Positions 9,679 to 18,293 of a DNA stretch of 64,000 nucleotides are shown here, piece by piece. Numbering within the stretch: the stretch's first letter is position 1; every line of letters starts with the position of its first letter. The notes beneath the pieces were generated by a model. It was not told the origin of the DNA. It did no database searches and saw nothing but the letters and a program-made list of their open reading frames with translations. The stretch spans positions 260,622 through 324,621 of the forward strand of contig JBDRHA010000011.1 in NCBI GenBank assembly GCA_043817235.1. The letters are read 5' to 3'. The position numbers and the translations under genes were made by a program. The stretch is from Candidatus Shapirobacteria bacterium (GTDB lineage: Bacteria > Patescibacteriota > Microgenomatia > UBA12405 > BS750m-G30).

Positions 9679-10149
9679 TTACTTGAGCTTAACCACTACT
9701 CGCCGACTCTCTCCCTCCCCTTCTGAAGCTGTAGAGACCAGAGGGTGATCGGCAAGCTGAAGATGAATAATTCTCCTCTCCCAAGAAGACATCGGCGGCA
9801 AATAAACCGGCCGCTTGCTTGCTTCCACTTCAACCGCCGCTTTTTTAGCCAGATTAATTACCTGATCTTCCTGTTTTTTCCGATAATCATTAATTTCCAA
9901 AAGCACAGGCCGCCATTCATCTAACTGAGAAGAAACCATTAATTTTAATATTAACTCCAAAGCGGCCAGCCCTCTCCCTTGAAAACCTACTAAAAAAGAC
10001 GGGTCGGCAGTTTCCAGCTTAACAAGAATTTCTCCTTCTTTTCCGGCTGAAACTTTTGCCTTCGCCTCTTTTTCAGAAAGCAAGGAAAGCAGTTTTTTTA
10101 ATGTTTTTAGAACTATTTTTTCGCCCCTAGAGTCCTTTTTTTGCTTCAT
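9679..10149 (-). CDS. jag: Jag/SpoIIIJ-associated protein (KH + R3H RNA-binding domains)
   Basis: R3H motif ERRIIHLQLADHPLVSTASEGEGESRRVVV at the C-terminus. Located next to yidC. Start set at MKQKKD for a 4-nt overlap with yidC. The track ORF starts at 10176. Confidence 0.75.
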   Translation of the reverse strand: MKQKKDSRGEKIVLKTLKKLLSLLSEKEAKAKVSAGKEGEILVKLETADPSFLVGFQGRGLAALELILKLMVSSQLDEWRPVLLEINDYRKKQEDQVINLAKKAAVEVEASKRPVYLPPMSSWERRIIHLQLADHPLVSTASEGEGESRRVVVKLK

Positions 10150-10919
10150 TTTTGTATTTTTTTCTTTAGGATCCATTGTTGAGCCAAATTAAAAAGAGAA
10201 AAGGTTGTCCAGTAAACAATCAAGCCTGAAGGAAAGCTATAACCAAGAAATAAAGTCATAAAAGGGAAAATATACAAAGATTGCTTTTGCATCATCGCGC
10301 TCAAATCATCGGCGGTGCTTTCTGTTTTTTGGGCAACCTTTTCTTCTTTTTTCACCACCGGAAGCATTAATTTTGCCGCCAAATATTGAGAAGCTACTGA
10401 AAGAAGTAAAAAAGGCCCCGGGATAGAAAAATTAAATAATTTAACTAGATCCGGCTTTGTTAGATTAAGATAAAGAAAACGGGAAGACAAAACAGTGCTT
10501 TCCGGAAGACGCAAAAAAGAATAAACAGCTCCATTAATTTTTTCTATTACCGTGGCCGGATCGGCTGACAAAAGAACATCGTTAAAAACCCGATACAGGG
10601 TAATCAAAATAACTATCTGTAATATTTGAGGCAAGCAGCCGGCCGCCGGATTGATTTTTTGAGAGCGATAAAGCTCCATTTGCGCCTTGGCTAATTTTTG
10701 CTTATTTTGGCCGTACTTTTTTTTAAGCTTAGCAAGCTGGGGAGAAAGCTGCTGCATTTTAAAAGCCGCTTTCATCCCCGGCAAAGAAAGAGGAAGAAGA
10801 ATTACTCTGATAAGCAATGTAGCAGCCACAATAGACAAGCCCAAATTCCCCAAAAGATGATAAAAAAGAATAAGCAAACTGATAATTGGCTGATAAAGCA
10901 ATATTTGTCCTACATTCAT
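10146..10919 (-). CDS. yidC: Membrane protein insertase YidC (short Gram-positive/Oxa1-like form)
   Basis: 257 aa. Conserved YidC core (GCLPQILQIVILITLYRVF, PFMTLFLGYSFPSGLIVYWTTFSLFNLAQQWIL). Part of the rnpA–yidD–yidC–jag synteny. Confidence 0.9.
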   Translation of the reverse strand: MNVGQILLYQPIISLLILFYHLLGNLGLSIVAATLLIRVILLPLSLPGMKAAFKMQQLSPQLAKLKKKYGQNKQKLAKAQMELYRSQKINPAAGCLPQILQIVILITLYRVFNDVLLSADPATVIEKINGAVYSFLRLPESTVLSSRFLYLNLTKPDLVKLFNFSIPGPFLLLSVASQYLAAKLMLPVVKKEEKVAQKTESTADDLSAMMQKQSLYIFPFMTLFLGYSFPSGLIVYWTTFSLFNLAQQWILKKKIQK

Positions 10920-10922
10920 TTT

Positions 10923-11135
10923 TTATAAAACCGGGTCCCAGCCGCCGGAAGACCAGGGGTGGCACCGCCCAATTCTTTTTAAACTTAAAAATAAACCCCT
11001 GAGTATACCATAGCGGTTAATTGCTTGATAGCTATACTTTGAACAAGTTGGCGTAAACCGGCAAGAGGAGTTCCGGAGATTAAGATATTTTTGGTAAAAA
11101 TGAATTGCTTTAAGAGCTATTTTTTTCATTCTCAA
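10923..11135 (-). CDS. yidD: Membrane protein insertion efficiency factor YidD
   Basis: 70 aa. CRFTPTCSKYSYQAINRYGILRGLFLSLKRIGRCHPW is the YidD (DUF37) signature. Confidence 0.85.
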   Translation of the reverse strand: MRMKKIALKAIHFYQKYLNLRNSSCRFTPTCSKYSYQAINRYGILRGLFLSLKRIGRCHPWSSGGWDPVL

Positions 11136-11475
11136 AAATTCCGGATTTGGTCAATAATTCTTCTGTGGCTCTTTTAATTTCCAAAAAAGACTTTTCTTTA
11201 ATCGCTCTTTTCGGCAAAAAAACAATCTTTGTCCCTGGTTTAATTTGGGAAATTAAAGGGTAGACTATTTCGGATAGCTGTCTTTTAAGCTTAATACGCA
11301 AAGTCGCCTTGGGGCTTATTTTCTTGGAGATAAGAAAGCCAAATTGGGAAAGCTCGTTTTTGCCGGTATTAAAAACTAAAATGCCCAGGAAAGAATGAGA
11401 ATAAAGCCTACCCTTTTCCTTAACTTGGCTAAAATCAGCTTCTTTTCTTAAACGGTGTTTTCTTGCAAGGGTCAC
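11110..11475 (-). CDS. rnpA: Ribonuclease P protein component
   Basis: 121 aa. An N-terminal basic RNR-like motif (RKHRLRKEADF). It lies between rpmH and yidD as in the canonical locus. Confidence 0.85.
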   Translation of the reverse strand: MTLARKHRLRKEADFSQVKEKGRLYSHSFLGILVFNTGKNELSQFGFLISKKISPKATLRIKLKRQLSEIVYPLISQIKPGTKIVFLPKRAIKEKSFLEIKRATEELLTKSGIFENEKNSS

Positions 11476-11496
11476 ACTTAAAAAATTATTATTTTC

Positions 11497-11634
11497 TTAA
11501 ACAGTCAAGCGTTTTCTTTTCTTGTCTCTTCTTCTTTTTAAAACTCTTTTTCCGGCCTTGGTTTTAGTCCTTTTCAAAAAACCGTGTTTGCGCTTGCGTT
11601 TTAATTTTTTTGGCTGATAAGTCCTTTTAACCAT
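11497..11634 (-). CDS. rpmH: 50S ribosomal protein L34
   Basis: Absent from the ORF track (45 aa). The reverse complement reads ATG GTT AAA AGG ACT TAT CAG CCA ... CGC TTG ACT GTT TAA. This translates to [45 protein letters not shown], a textbook L34 sequence. Confidence 0.9.
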   Translation of the reverse strand: MVKRTYQPKKLKRKRKHGFLKRTKTKAGKRVLKRRRDKKRKRLTV

Positions 11635-11662
11635 AATAACTATTATATCTTATCTTTAGCTT

Positions 11663-12283
11663 TTACTCCAGCCAAACAATTTCGTGGCTGTCGGCCGGCA
11701 AGCCCTGGCTTTCTATCCAGTCTGCTACTTCCTGCCACACTCCTTCCTTGGTCCCCTTTTTAATTTTTACCCCCAAAATTAAGGGAGAAACATAGCCTAA
11801 AGAAAAATCCTCTGTTTCATAGGGTATTTTTAGTATTAAGGGGTAATCACCAAGTGTCTGATCTAAAATTTCCTGCCTAATCCCTGGTTCCCCCTGACCT
11901 AAAACAGGAGCCGGAGCAGCTTGAGGAGGATTAAAATAATAAGTCCAGCTATAAATCGGTTGATTTTGGAAATTTAACTCTAGAAAATAATTTTCTTGCG
12001 GAATCAATTCTCCTTTTACCTCAATCAGCAAAAATCCATCCTGCACGCTAAGGCTATTATCAAAAGACGGAGCAGTCTTAAGATTAAAATCCGAAGCTTT
12101 TAAGCCGCTCGCGTCAGATAGCCCTATCTTGATATTTTGATCTAAGTCCACAAGCTGGCCAGAGGGCGGATCAATACTGGTAATTACCGGCAACTTCTGC
12201 TTACTGCTTCTGGCTACCAATAAAATAGTAGCCAAACAAGCTAAGAAAACTAAAAGCCAATATCTGCCAATTATTTTTTTCAT
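11663..12283 (-). CDS. Secreted hypothetical protein (signal peptide)
   Basis: N-terminal MKKIIGRYWLLVFLACLATILLVA signal. It starts 2 nt after the stop of the CHAP-domain gene, so the two are probably co-transcribed. Confidence 0.5.
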   Translation of the reverse strand: MKKIIGRYWLLVFLACLATILLVARSSKQKLPVITSIDPPSGQLVDLDQNIKIGLSDASGLKASDFNLKTAPSFDNSLSVQDGFLLIEVKGELIPQENYFLELNFQNQPIYSWTYYFNPPQAAPAPVLGQGEPGIRQEILDQTLGDYPLILKIPYETEDFSLGYVSPLILGVKIKKGTKEGVWQEVADWIESQGLPADSHEIVWLE

Positions 12284-12285
12284 TT

Positions 12286-14580
12286 TTATCCCCCGCCTCC
12301 TCCACCACTAATATATTCTAAAATCATGTCTGGTTCACTTACAAGTATCTTGGTCGTATTCACCACTCCTTGACTAGCATCATCTCCCCAAGCCTGAGTT
12401 ACCCAAAGAACAGCCTGGGTGCCATCAGGCCCCTTTTCCACTTTAGTAATCACCCCCATGTGGCCATATCCCCTCTCCCATACAACAATCTGTCCTTCCG
12501 TAACCCGATTTAAATCTTCTAAAGGCTGCCAAGGATAATTTACGGGCGGGTCGGCAAAATCCCGCGCATCGCCCAAAGGAGGAAGGTCAATTACTGAAGC
12601 CCGCACAAACGCCACGCACTGCAAAAAAGTATAAGCTTGGGCCGAACCAATCAAAACATTAATGCTTTCCGCTCTTATTCCCTGTCCGGTCAAGCAATTA
12701 CTTTTATCAGACAAAGATGCCGCGGTGATTGCTCCACTTAATCCACAAGCATCAAAGGCCCGCTGAATCCTAACCGCTAGCTGATCCCCTTCAGGATTTA
12801 CTCCTCTCTCTAGTGTCGCTATTTGGTCTGGCGATAAATCACCGCGGCCACCGCCTTCCATGGACATTCTTTGCGAAGAGCCGGCAACGGCAAAGGCCAT
12901 TAAGGCTAAAACAATAGGCAAGCCAATAGCTCCAGCCAAGCCCACTAATATCGGCACCCCTAGATCCACCGGCACTTTGATAATCGCCGCCGGAATGCCG
13001 GCAGCTACCTCCAACCCCTTGGCCGCCAAACCACCCAGGAAACCAAAATTGCGGCGTAATTGATCGCTGTCAACGCCTAAAGCATTTAGGACCTTCCGGC
13101 CTGTTTTTGCCGCTCCTTTTAAAATAGCCCCGCCAAGCATTATTGCTCCCTGAATAAGCAAGCTCACCCCCGCTGTGCTTACCCCCAAAGCAGCTGATAG
13201 GCCTGCCGCAACTGCTTTAGCGGCACCGGAAGCGAGCAGTTTTTTCGCGCCTGATTGAACTGCAAACTCCGCTGCTTTTTGGCCAACTTTAAGTGCTAAT
13301 CCTTGAGCCGCCTGACCCACCCCGGTCTGCAAAAACCAATTTTTAACCGGAGCAGCTAGGTTATTTACTGCTCCGCCCAACTTTTGTTTAAATTGATAAA
13401 TCGGATTATCTAAAACCGTCTGAACAATTTGGTTTTGCTGACCTAAAGCACCTTCTAGCCATCCTAGCTTTTCTTTTTGCAGATCATTCAAATTCTGATG
13501 CCAGCGAGTAAAAGACTGATTTTGCTCAAGGCTTTGCTGGCTTGTCTGAAAAAGCCGTAAACTACCACGAAAAGTTAATCTTTGATCCTGATCCAGCAAA
13601 GGCCAAATTGCTTCCAGTCTTTCCGGCGTAAAAACATCTTGATTATTTATTGCCTCCGCCACCTGTTCATAGGAATAGCTTGGCCTTTCTCCAGCTTCTG
13701 CCTCCAAATGGGTTAATACTTCTTGAGGAATTTGCTCTCTGCCCACGCTAAGTCCATAAAGATTAGCCCTTGTCTGGGTAGCAATAAGCTGGTCAGGAAG
13801 CTTAGACAACTGCTCGTCACCGCTTAAATCGACACCTAAATTTTTTTCCAACTCAGGCAAAAGCAGCTCCTTTTTCTTTTTATCTATTATTTGTTTTACC
13901 TGATTCGGATTTTCCAAGGCTACGCGAACCAGAACCGCTTGTGTCTTTTCGCCATTCTGGCTGCTGCGTATTGCTGACCTTAAGGCGCCTTCCGCTTGCC
14001 CAGCTTTAAGCAAAGGAGCCGCCCCAGTTTCTTTTACTCTTTGAACGGCAATTGCCGCTCGAGCCTTAATAGTTTTATTGTCAAATCTTGAACGGCGACT
14101 TGGAGCTTCTTGAGAAGCAGTTTCTACCAGCTCGGCGCTAAGCAAGCCAGGGGAAGTCAGGCCTTCCCTCTCAAGCGCCTTTTGCAGCACATTTTGGGCT
14201 GATAAAACGCGCGCCCTAACTACGCTCGGCTGCCGCTTTAAACGCCGCAAAACAGTCCGGCGCAAAGAAGGAGAAACTCGCTGCTGTCGTAAAAACTGAT
14301 TTACTTTTTTTTCCACACTCGTTCTCGACTTTTCCAGGTGCAATCTTTTCTGCCCTTCTTCTGGCAGGGTTTCTGAAGCAGCAATCACAGCCGCTTCTGC
14401 CGCGATACGCCCTATCCGGCGAATAGTTTCTGAATCAATTCCTTTAACTGACAACAAGTCTTCAGCCAACGCCTCTTCTTCGCGGTCCACCAGCCAGTAT
14501 TTTTCTCTAGGATCTCGATCTTGAGCCGGGCCTTCTTCAAACAATCTTTCCAGTGCTTGTTTTAACTGCTCTTCTGCCAT
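12286..14580 (-). CDS. Large membrane protein with a C-terminal CHAP-domain peptidoglycan hydrolase
   Basis: C-terminal region has Cys in YTFLQCVAFVR and His in GYGHMGVITKV, spaced as in CHAP amidase/peptidases. The central region is Gly/Ala-rich with amphipathic TM helices (GAAKAVAAGLSAALGVSTAGVSLLIQGAIMLGGAILKGAAK..., VGLAGAIGLPIVLALMAFAVAG). The N-terminal ~450 aa are helical/coiled-coil. Start set at MAEEQLKQ (14580). The track ORF extends to 14679. Confidence 0.6.
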   Translation of the reverse strand: MAEEQLKQALERLFEEGPAQDRDPREKYWLVDREEEALAEDLLSVKGIDSETIRRIGRIAAEAAVIAASETLPEEGQKRLHLEKSRTSVEKKVNQFLRQQRVSPSLRRTVLRRLKRQPSVVRARVLSAQNVLQKALEREGLTSPGLLSAELVETASQEAPSRRSRFDNKTIKARAAIAVQRVKETGAAPLLKAGQAEGALRSAIRSSQNGEKTQAVLVRVALENPNQVKQIIDKKKKELLLPELEKNLGVDLSGDEQLSKLPDQLIATQTRANLYGLSVGREQIPQEVLTHLEAEAGERPSYSYEQVAEAINNQDVFTPERLEAIWPLLDQDQRLTFRGSLRLFQTSQQSLEQNQSFTRWHQNLNDLQKEKLGWLEGALGQQNQIVQTVLDNPIYQFKQKLGGAVNNLAAPVKNWFLQTGVGQAAQGLALKVGQKAAEFAVQSGAKKLLASGAAKAVAAGLSAALGVSTAGVSLLIQGAIMLGGAILKGAAKTGRKVLNALGVDSDQLRRNFGFLGGLAAKGLEVAAGIPAAIIKVPVDLGVPILVGLAGAIGLPIVLALMAFAVAGSSQRMSMEGGGRGDLSPDQIATLERGVNPEGDQLAVRIQRAFDACGLSGAITAASLSDKSNCLTGQGIRAESINVLIGSAQAYTFLQCVAFVRASVIDLPPLGDARDFADPPVNYPWQPLEDLNRVTEGQIVVWERGYGHMGVITKVEKGPDGTQAVLWVTQAWGDDASQGVVNTTKILVSEPDMILEYISGGGGGG

Positions 14581-14659
14581 TTTAAAATCATTATAGCAAA
14601 AACAAAGAATAATCCGCTCCCAAATTGGATTTTGACTAAACCTTTTGTTACAATAGCCT

Positions 14660-15376
14660 TTGCCAATGACTGATACCAAAAAAACTGACCGCCCAGTTCT
14701 GGAAGTAGAAAAAAGAAAAATAAAAGGTCGGAAGGTAAAAAATTTAAGACAGGAAAAAATTCTGCCGGCTAATATTTATGGCAAAGAAATAAAATCTTTA
14801 GCGGTCCAGACAAGCCTAACAGAAGCTAAAAAAGTTTACGAGCAAGCGGGAGAAACCGGCTTGGTAGATCTAAAAATAAAAGAAGAGAAAAAAAGCCGCC
14901 CTGTCTTGCTTCATAACCTTCAAACAGATCCGGTTAGCGATGAGCTTATTCATCTTGATTTTTACCAGGTAGACCTAACCCAAAAAGTAACTGCCGATAT
15001 TCCAGTAGAAATAAGCGGCAAAGCTCCAGCGGCAGAAAAAGGCGAAGGGGTGCTGGTTCATCTAGTTAATGAAATTGAAGCAGAAGCTCTCCCCGCTGAT
15101 CTTCCGGAAAAACTAGTTGTCTCCGTTGATTCGCTGGAAAAGATAGATCAAGCAATTGCCCTTAAAGAAGCTTTAGAAAAATCCGGCTGGGAAAAAGATA
15201 AAGTAGAAGTAAAAACTTCTTTGGAATTGCTGCTGGTAAAAATTGAGGCGCCGGCCAAAGAAGAAGCAGTAGAAGAAAAACCAGCTGAAGAAGAAGCGAC
15301 CCCGACGGAAGGGGCTGAGGAGCAAAAAGAAGAAAAAGAAACCCCCGCAGAGCCTAAAGAGCAAGCCCAAGAATAA
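14660..15376 (+). CDS. rplY: 50S ribosomal protein L25 / general stress protein Ctc form, with an acidic C-terminal extension
   Basis: N-terminal L25 fold signature (LEVEKRKIKGRKVKNLRQEKILPANIYGK, VLLHNLQTDPVSDELIHLDFYQV). Long E/K/A-rich tail. Confidence 0.8.
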   Translation: MPMTDTKKTDRPVLEVEKRKIKGRKVKNLRQEKILPANIYGKEIKSLAVQTSLTEAKKVYEQAGETGLVDLKIKEEKKSRPVLLHNLQTDPVSDELIHLDFYQVDLTQKVTADIPVEISGKAPAAEKGEGVLVHLVNEIEAEALPADLPEKLVVSVDSLEKIDQAIALKEALEKSGWEKDKVEVKTSLELLLVKIEAPAKEEAVEEKPAEEEATPTEGAEEQKEEKETPAEPKEQAQE

Positions 15377-16529
15377 TTCCAACCAAATTCATATTCTGGT
15401 TTAGGGTCAGCCAATAGTGATCCGTTAAACCAGTCAAAAAAACAATCAGCCACCAGATCTCATTTTCTTTTTTAATCGCTTTTTTAAGAATTAGTCCGGT
15501 TAATGTCAGGCCCGCTAAGCCTGCTTGAGAAGCAATCAAGAGAAAAAGATCATGAACCGGCTGAAGAACAATTTTTGAATTTTGAGAAAAAGGCCAAAAA
15601 AAGGGAAGAGCGGCAAAAAAATTATCCCACCCCGTCCCCAATAGCGGCCTGCGCCAAAACATTGCCAAAGAAGCTTGGGCCAAAGTCAGCCGCTCAGTTA
15701 AGGCCAAAGGGTTTGGAAAAAGATAAAGCAAGAAGCCGGCCAGTAAAGCAAAAAGCAAAAACCAGAAGAGTTTTGTCTTTTTTCGCCCTTCTTTTATTTT
15801 TGGCCAAAGCAAAACGAAGAAGCCGGCAAACCAGGCAGTCCGGGAAAAACTGAAAAACAAACAAGCCAAGCCCGCTAACAAAACTAAAAAACTTATGTAT
15901 CTTGGCATCTTTTTAAAAGGAAAAAGAAAAAGACTAAGAAGAGCAAAGCCTGCCAAAGAATTAGGATGGGAAAAACTACCATAGGCTCTTAAAAAAAGCT
16001 GGTGTCCAAGCTCTATCTTGGCTATTCCCGGAGTGGACACAGAGAAGTTTCTTTCTCCTAAAAAATAAGCCAGTCCTCCTAAAGAGCCTTGGGAAACAAA
16101 CTGGCCAACAACTAAAACAACTTCTGCAACCAGCCAAAAACAAATAATCAAAGGCAGTTTCTTTCTTGCCCATTTTTTTTCCTGCCGGACTAAGAAAAAA
16201 ACTAGATAAATTCTGGCAAAAAGCTTTAGACACCCCAAAAAAGCTACTTTTGGGCTCAAAGCCAAAATAATATTTCCAGCTAAAAAAAGGGCTATCCACC
16301 AGTATTTTTTTAAAAAGGAAATAATATCAATTTTTAAAGAAAAAGCCCGAAGGTAAAAAACAAAAGACGCAAAGAACAAGACATCGCTTACATAAATTGT
16401 CGGAGATAGATAATCAACTGGCAGACCTAAAACATAAGAAAACGAAGGCCAAAAATGCCTGCCCCACTGAAAAGGAACACTAAACAAGGCGAGGGTCAAA
16501 AAAAATCTTTTGATTTTCAGCAATGACAT
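15354..16529 (-). CDS. O-antigen ligase/polymerase-like (Wzy_C) membrane protein
   Basis: 391 aa with about 10 TM helices. Central FSFSRTAWFAGFFVLL block resembles the Wzy_C family. Function inferred only from this. Confidence 0.45.
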   Translation of the reverse strand: MSLLKIKRFFLTLALFSVPFQWGRHFWPSFSYVLGLPVDYLSPTIYVSDVLFFASFVFYLRAFSLKIDIISFLKKYWWIALFLAGNIILALSPKVAFLGCLKLFARIYLVFFLVRQEKKWARKKLPLIICFWLVAEVVLVVGQFVSQGSLGGLAYFLGERNFSVSTPGIAKIELGHQLFLRAYGSFSHPNSLAGFALLSLFLFPFKKMPRYISFLVLLAGLACLFFSFSRTAWFAGFFVLLWPKIKEGRKKTKLFWFLLFALLAGFLLYLFPNPLALTERLTLAQASLAMFWRRPLLGTGWDNFFAALPFFWPFSQNSKIVLQPVHDLFLLIASQAGLAGLTLTGLILKKAIKKENEIWWLIVFLTGLTDHYWLTLNQNMNLVGIILGLAL

Positions 16530-16539
16530 TAATTAAAAA

Positions 16540-18279
16540 TTAAATTTTAACTAGATTAAAAAGAGAAGACTTTAAGTGAATTGCTCCGGGCGCTCTAAGA
16601 TTAAAAACCGTTTTAAAGTCAGAGCCGGAAAAAGTGAATTCTCCCCGATCGGTGGCAATCTTTACTTCATGGGTCACTCCACTATTGCTATAATTAACGC
16701 TTACATTGCTGACTCTGCTTACTGGCCCACCATAGCTTCCGGCTCGGCCGGCCAATTCTTCTTTAGACCAAGTTTCCGGCACGCTTCCCCAACAACCGTC
16801 TACTTGAGAAAGATGGATAGACTCGGAAGAATTATGAGTATAAACCAAAAGAGCATTTACCACATCTGCCATTTCTTCATCGCTCAACCAAGGAGAGGAA
16901 CGACCGCAGCTTTGGCCGCTTCGAGTTTTATACCAAGCCTTGTAAAACCAAGGCGACCCGGCAATCTTTTCATAAGCGTTATTGGGCCAATCCCCGTCTT
17001 TGGCATCTTTGATACCGGCCCAGCCCCACTGTGAAATAGTAAAGCCTCCCGAAGTAGAGGCATAGTACGCCTTGGCCGGCGATCCGTCTTTCATCAGTAC
17101 CCAGCCTCGTGTTGCCCGAACTGCCTCTTCCCATTTGCCTGTTTTCAGCGCAGACCTATATACCTGGCAGCTCTCCGTAGGGCAGATTGTGCCGTTGCCA
17201 TTTCCGGTTACCGCCAAAGCATAGCTTCTACTCGCTACGGCCTGGGCCTTAAGGGCTTCAAATCCGCCCTTATCTCCCCAGCTTTCAGGTACTTCATAAA
17301 TTCCCAAAAGATAATTATCTTCAAATGCGATCCGGCCGTAGCCGTCGACCCCTATCGTATCCGGCACACTATAATCCTTGACTAAATTAGCTCCTTGATA
17401 ATAAGCGCTTAAAATGTCCTCAGCTGACTGGCCCTCTTTGCTCCTGCCGTAAGCGCCATATTGGCTCATGCCAGTGCGATGAGGCGCGCCAAAAGAAAAA
17501 AGAGCAAAAGCAGGGGAAAAAGCAGGAGAGCAAAAATTGCCTGCTCCGGGCGGGCCGGAGCAGGGATCATCAACGCTGGGCGTGTCACCGACACTAGTTT
17601 GAAAAAGACCTGTTTTTTCCGTTAAAATTCTTTGCTGTTCCGCTTTAATCGCCGCAATTTTATCATTCAGCTCTCCTTCATAAGCAGTAGCTCCCTTGAT
17701 ATCTTTTTCCAACCCCGCCGCCTTTGTGTCTAAGTCTTCTTCTAAAGAAAGCCAGCTTTGCGACTTTCCCTCTAAACTTTGCTTGCTCTGATTTAAACTG
17801 GTAATTTTATTACTAATGCCTGTGATAATTTTTTTATCCTGCTGGCCAGCTACTTTAAGATAATTATATTGCTTTAAAGCTTGGCCAAAATTCTGACTAG
17901 CCAAAAAAATATTCAAGGCCGAGAGTTTCGTTTCCTGAATATAAAGATCTCTTATCTTGGCAAAAAGCAGTTTTTTTTGCGATTCAATTTCCTTTTGCCC
18001 ATTAGTAATTTCTTCTTCCATAGTCTTTACCTCCTTTTGTGCTTGATTAATAGAAGCGCGAATTCCGGTAATCTGAGCGTTAAGTTCAGATAAAGACTTT
18101 TCTGCTCCGCTAATCGCCTGGGTTAATAAAGAAAGCTCCTCTCTTACTTTTTCTTCTTGGCGGCAAAGACTGTCCAGCTGAGGATCGCCTTCATTGCATT
18201 CTTTTCCTAAAACCGGAAAAACAAAAGGAAGAAAAATGACCAAGAAAAGCAGAATGAGGAATTTAAACATTCTTCTCAT
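16540..18279 (-). CDS. SpoIID/LytB-domain protein with an N-terminal signal/TM and coiled coil (amidase-activator-like)
   Basis: C-terminal SpoIID/LytB blocks (FSFGAPHRTGMSQYGAYG, LGIYEVPESWG, ALKAQAVASRSYALAV, CPTESCQVY). The N-terminal coiled coil resembles EnvC-type activators. Start set at MRRMFKFLILLF (18279). Confidence 0.7.
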   Translation of the reverse strand: MRRMFKFLILLFLVIFLPFVFPVLGKECNEGDPQLDSLCRQEEKVREELSLLTQAISGAEKSLSELNAQITGIRASINQAQKEVKTMEEEITNGQKEIESQKKLLFAKIRDLYIQETKLSALNIFLASQNFGQALKQYNYLKVAGQQDKKIITGISNKITSLNQSKQSLEGKSQSWLSLEEDLDTKAAGLEKDIKGATAYEGELNDKIAAIKAEQQRILTEKTGLFQTSVGDTPSVDDPCSGPPGAGNFCSPAFSPAFALFSFGAPHRTGMSQYGAYGRSKEGQSAEDILSAYYQGANLVKDYSVPDTIGVDGYGRIAFEDNYLLGIYEVPESWGDKGGFEALKAQAVASRSYALAVTGNGNGTICPTESCQVYRSALKTGKWEEAVRATRGWVLMKDGSPAKAYYASTSGGFTISQWGWAGIKDAKDGDWPNNAYEKIAGSPWFYKAWYKTRSGQSCGRSSPWLSDEEMADVVNALLVYTHNSSESIHLSQVDGCWGSVPETWSKEELAGRAGSYGGPVSRVSNVSVNYSNSGVTHEVKIATDRGEFTFSGSDFKTVFNLRAPGAIHLKSSLFNLVKI

Positions 18280-18293
18280 TATTAAATTATACC

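Noticed and set aside
10698-10965. 76-aa and 68-aa ORFs overlapping yidC
   Set aside because: They are antisense or alternate-frame to a well-supported yidC. No motifs.
14581-14659. Promoter call for rplY (TTGGAT-18-TACAAT)
   Set aside because: The spacing and -35 are only fair, and a second reading (TTGACT with an 11-nt spacer) is invalid. Too ambiguous to list as a feature.
15148-15453. Two minus-strand ORFs (101 aa and 69 aa) inside the 3' part of rplY
   Set aside because: They are low-complexity translations (poly-F, poly-S) antisense to the acidic E/K/A-rich tail of L25.
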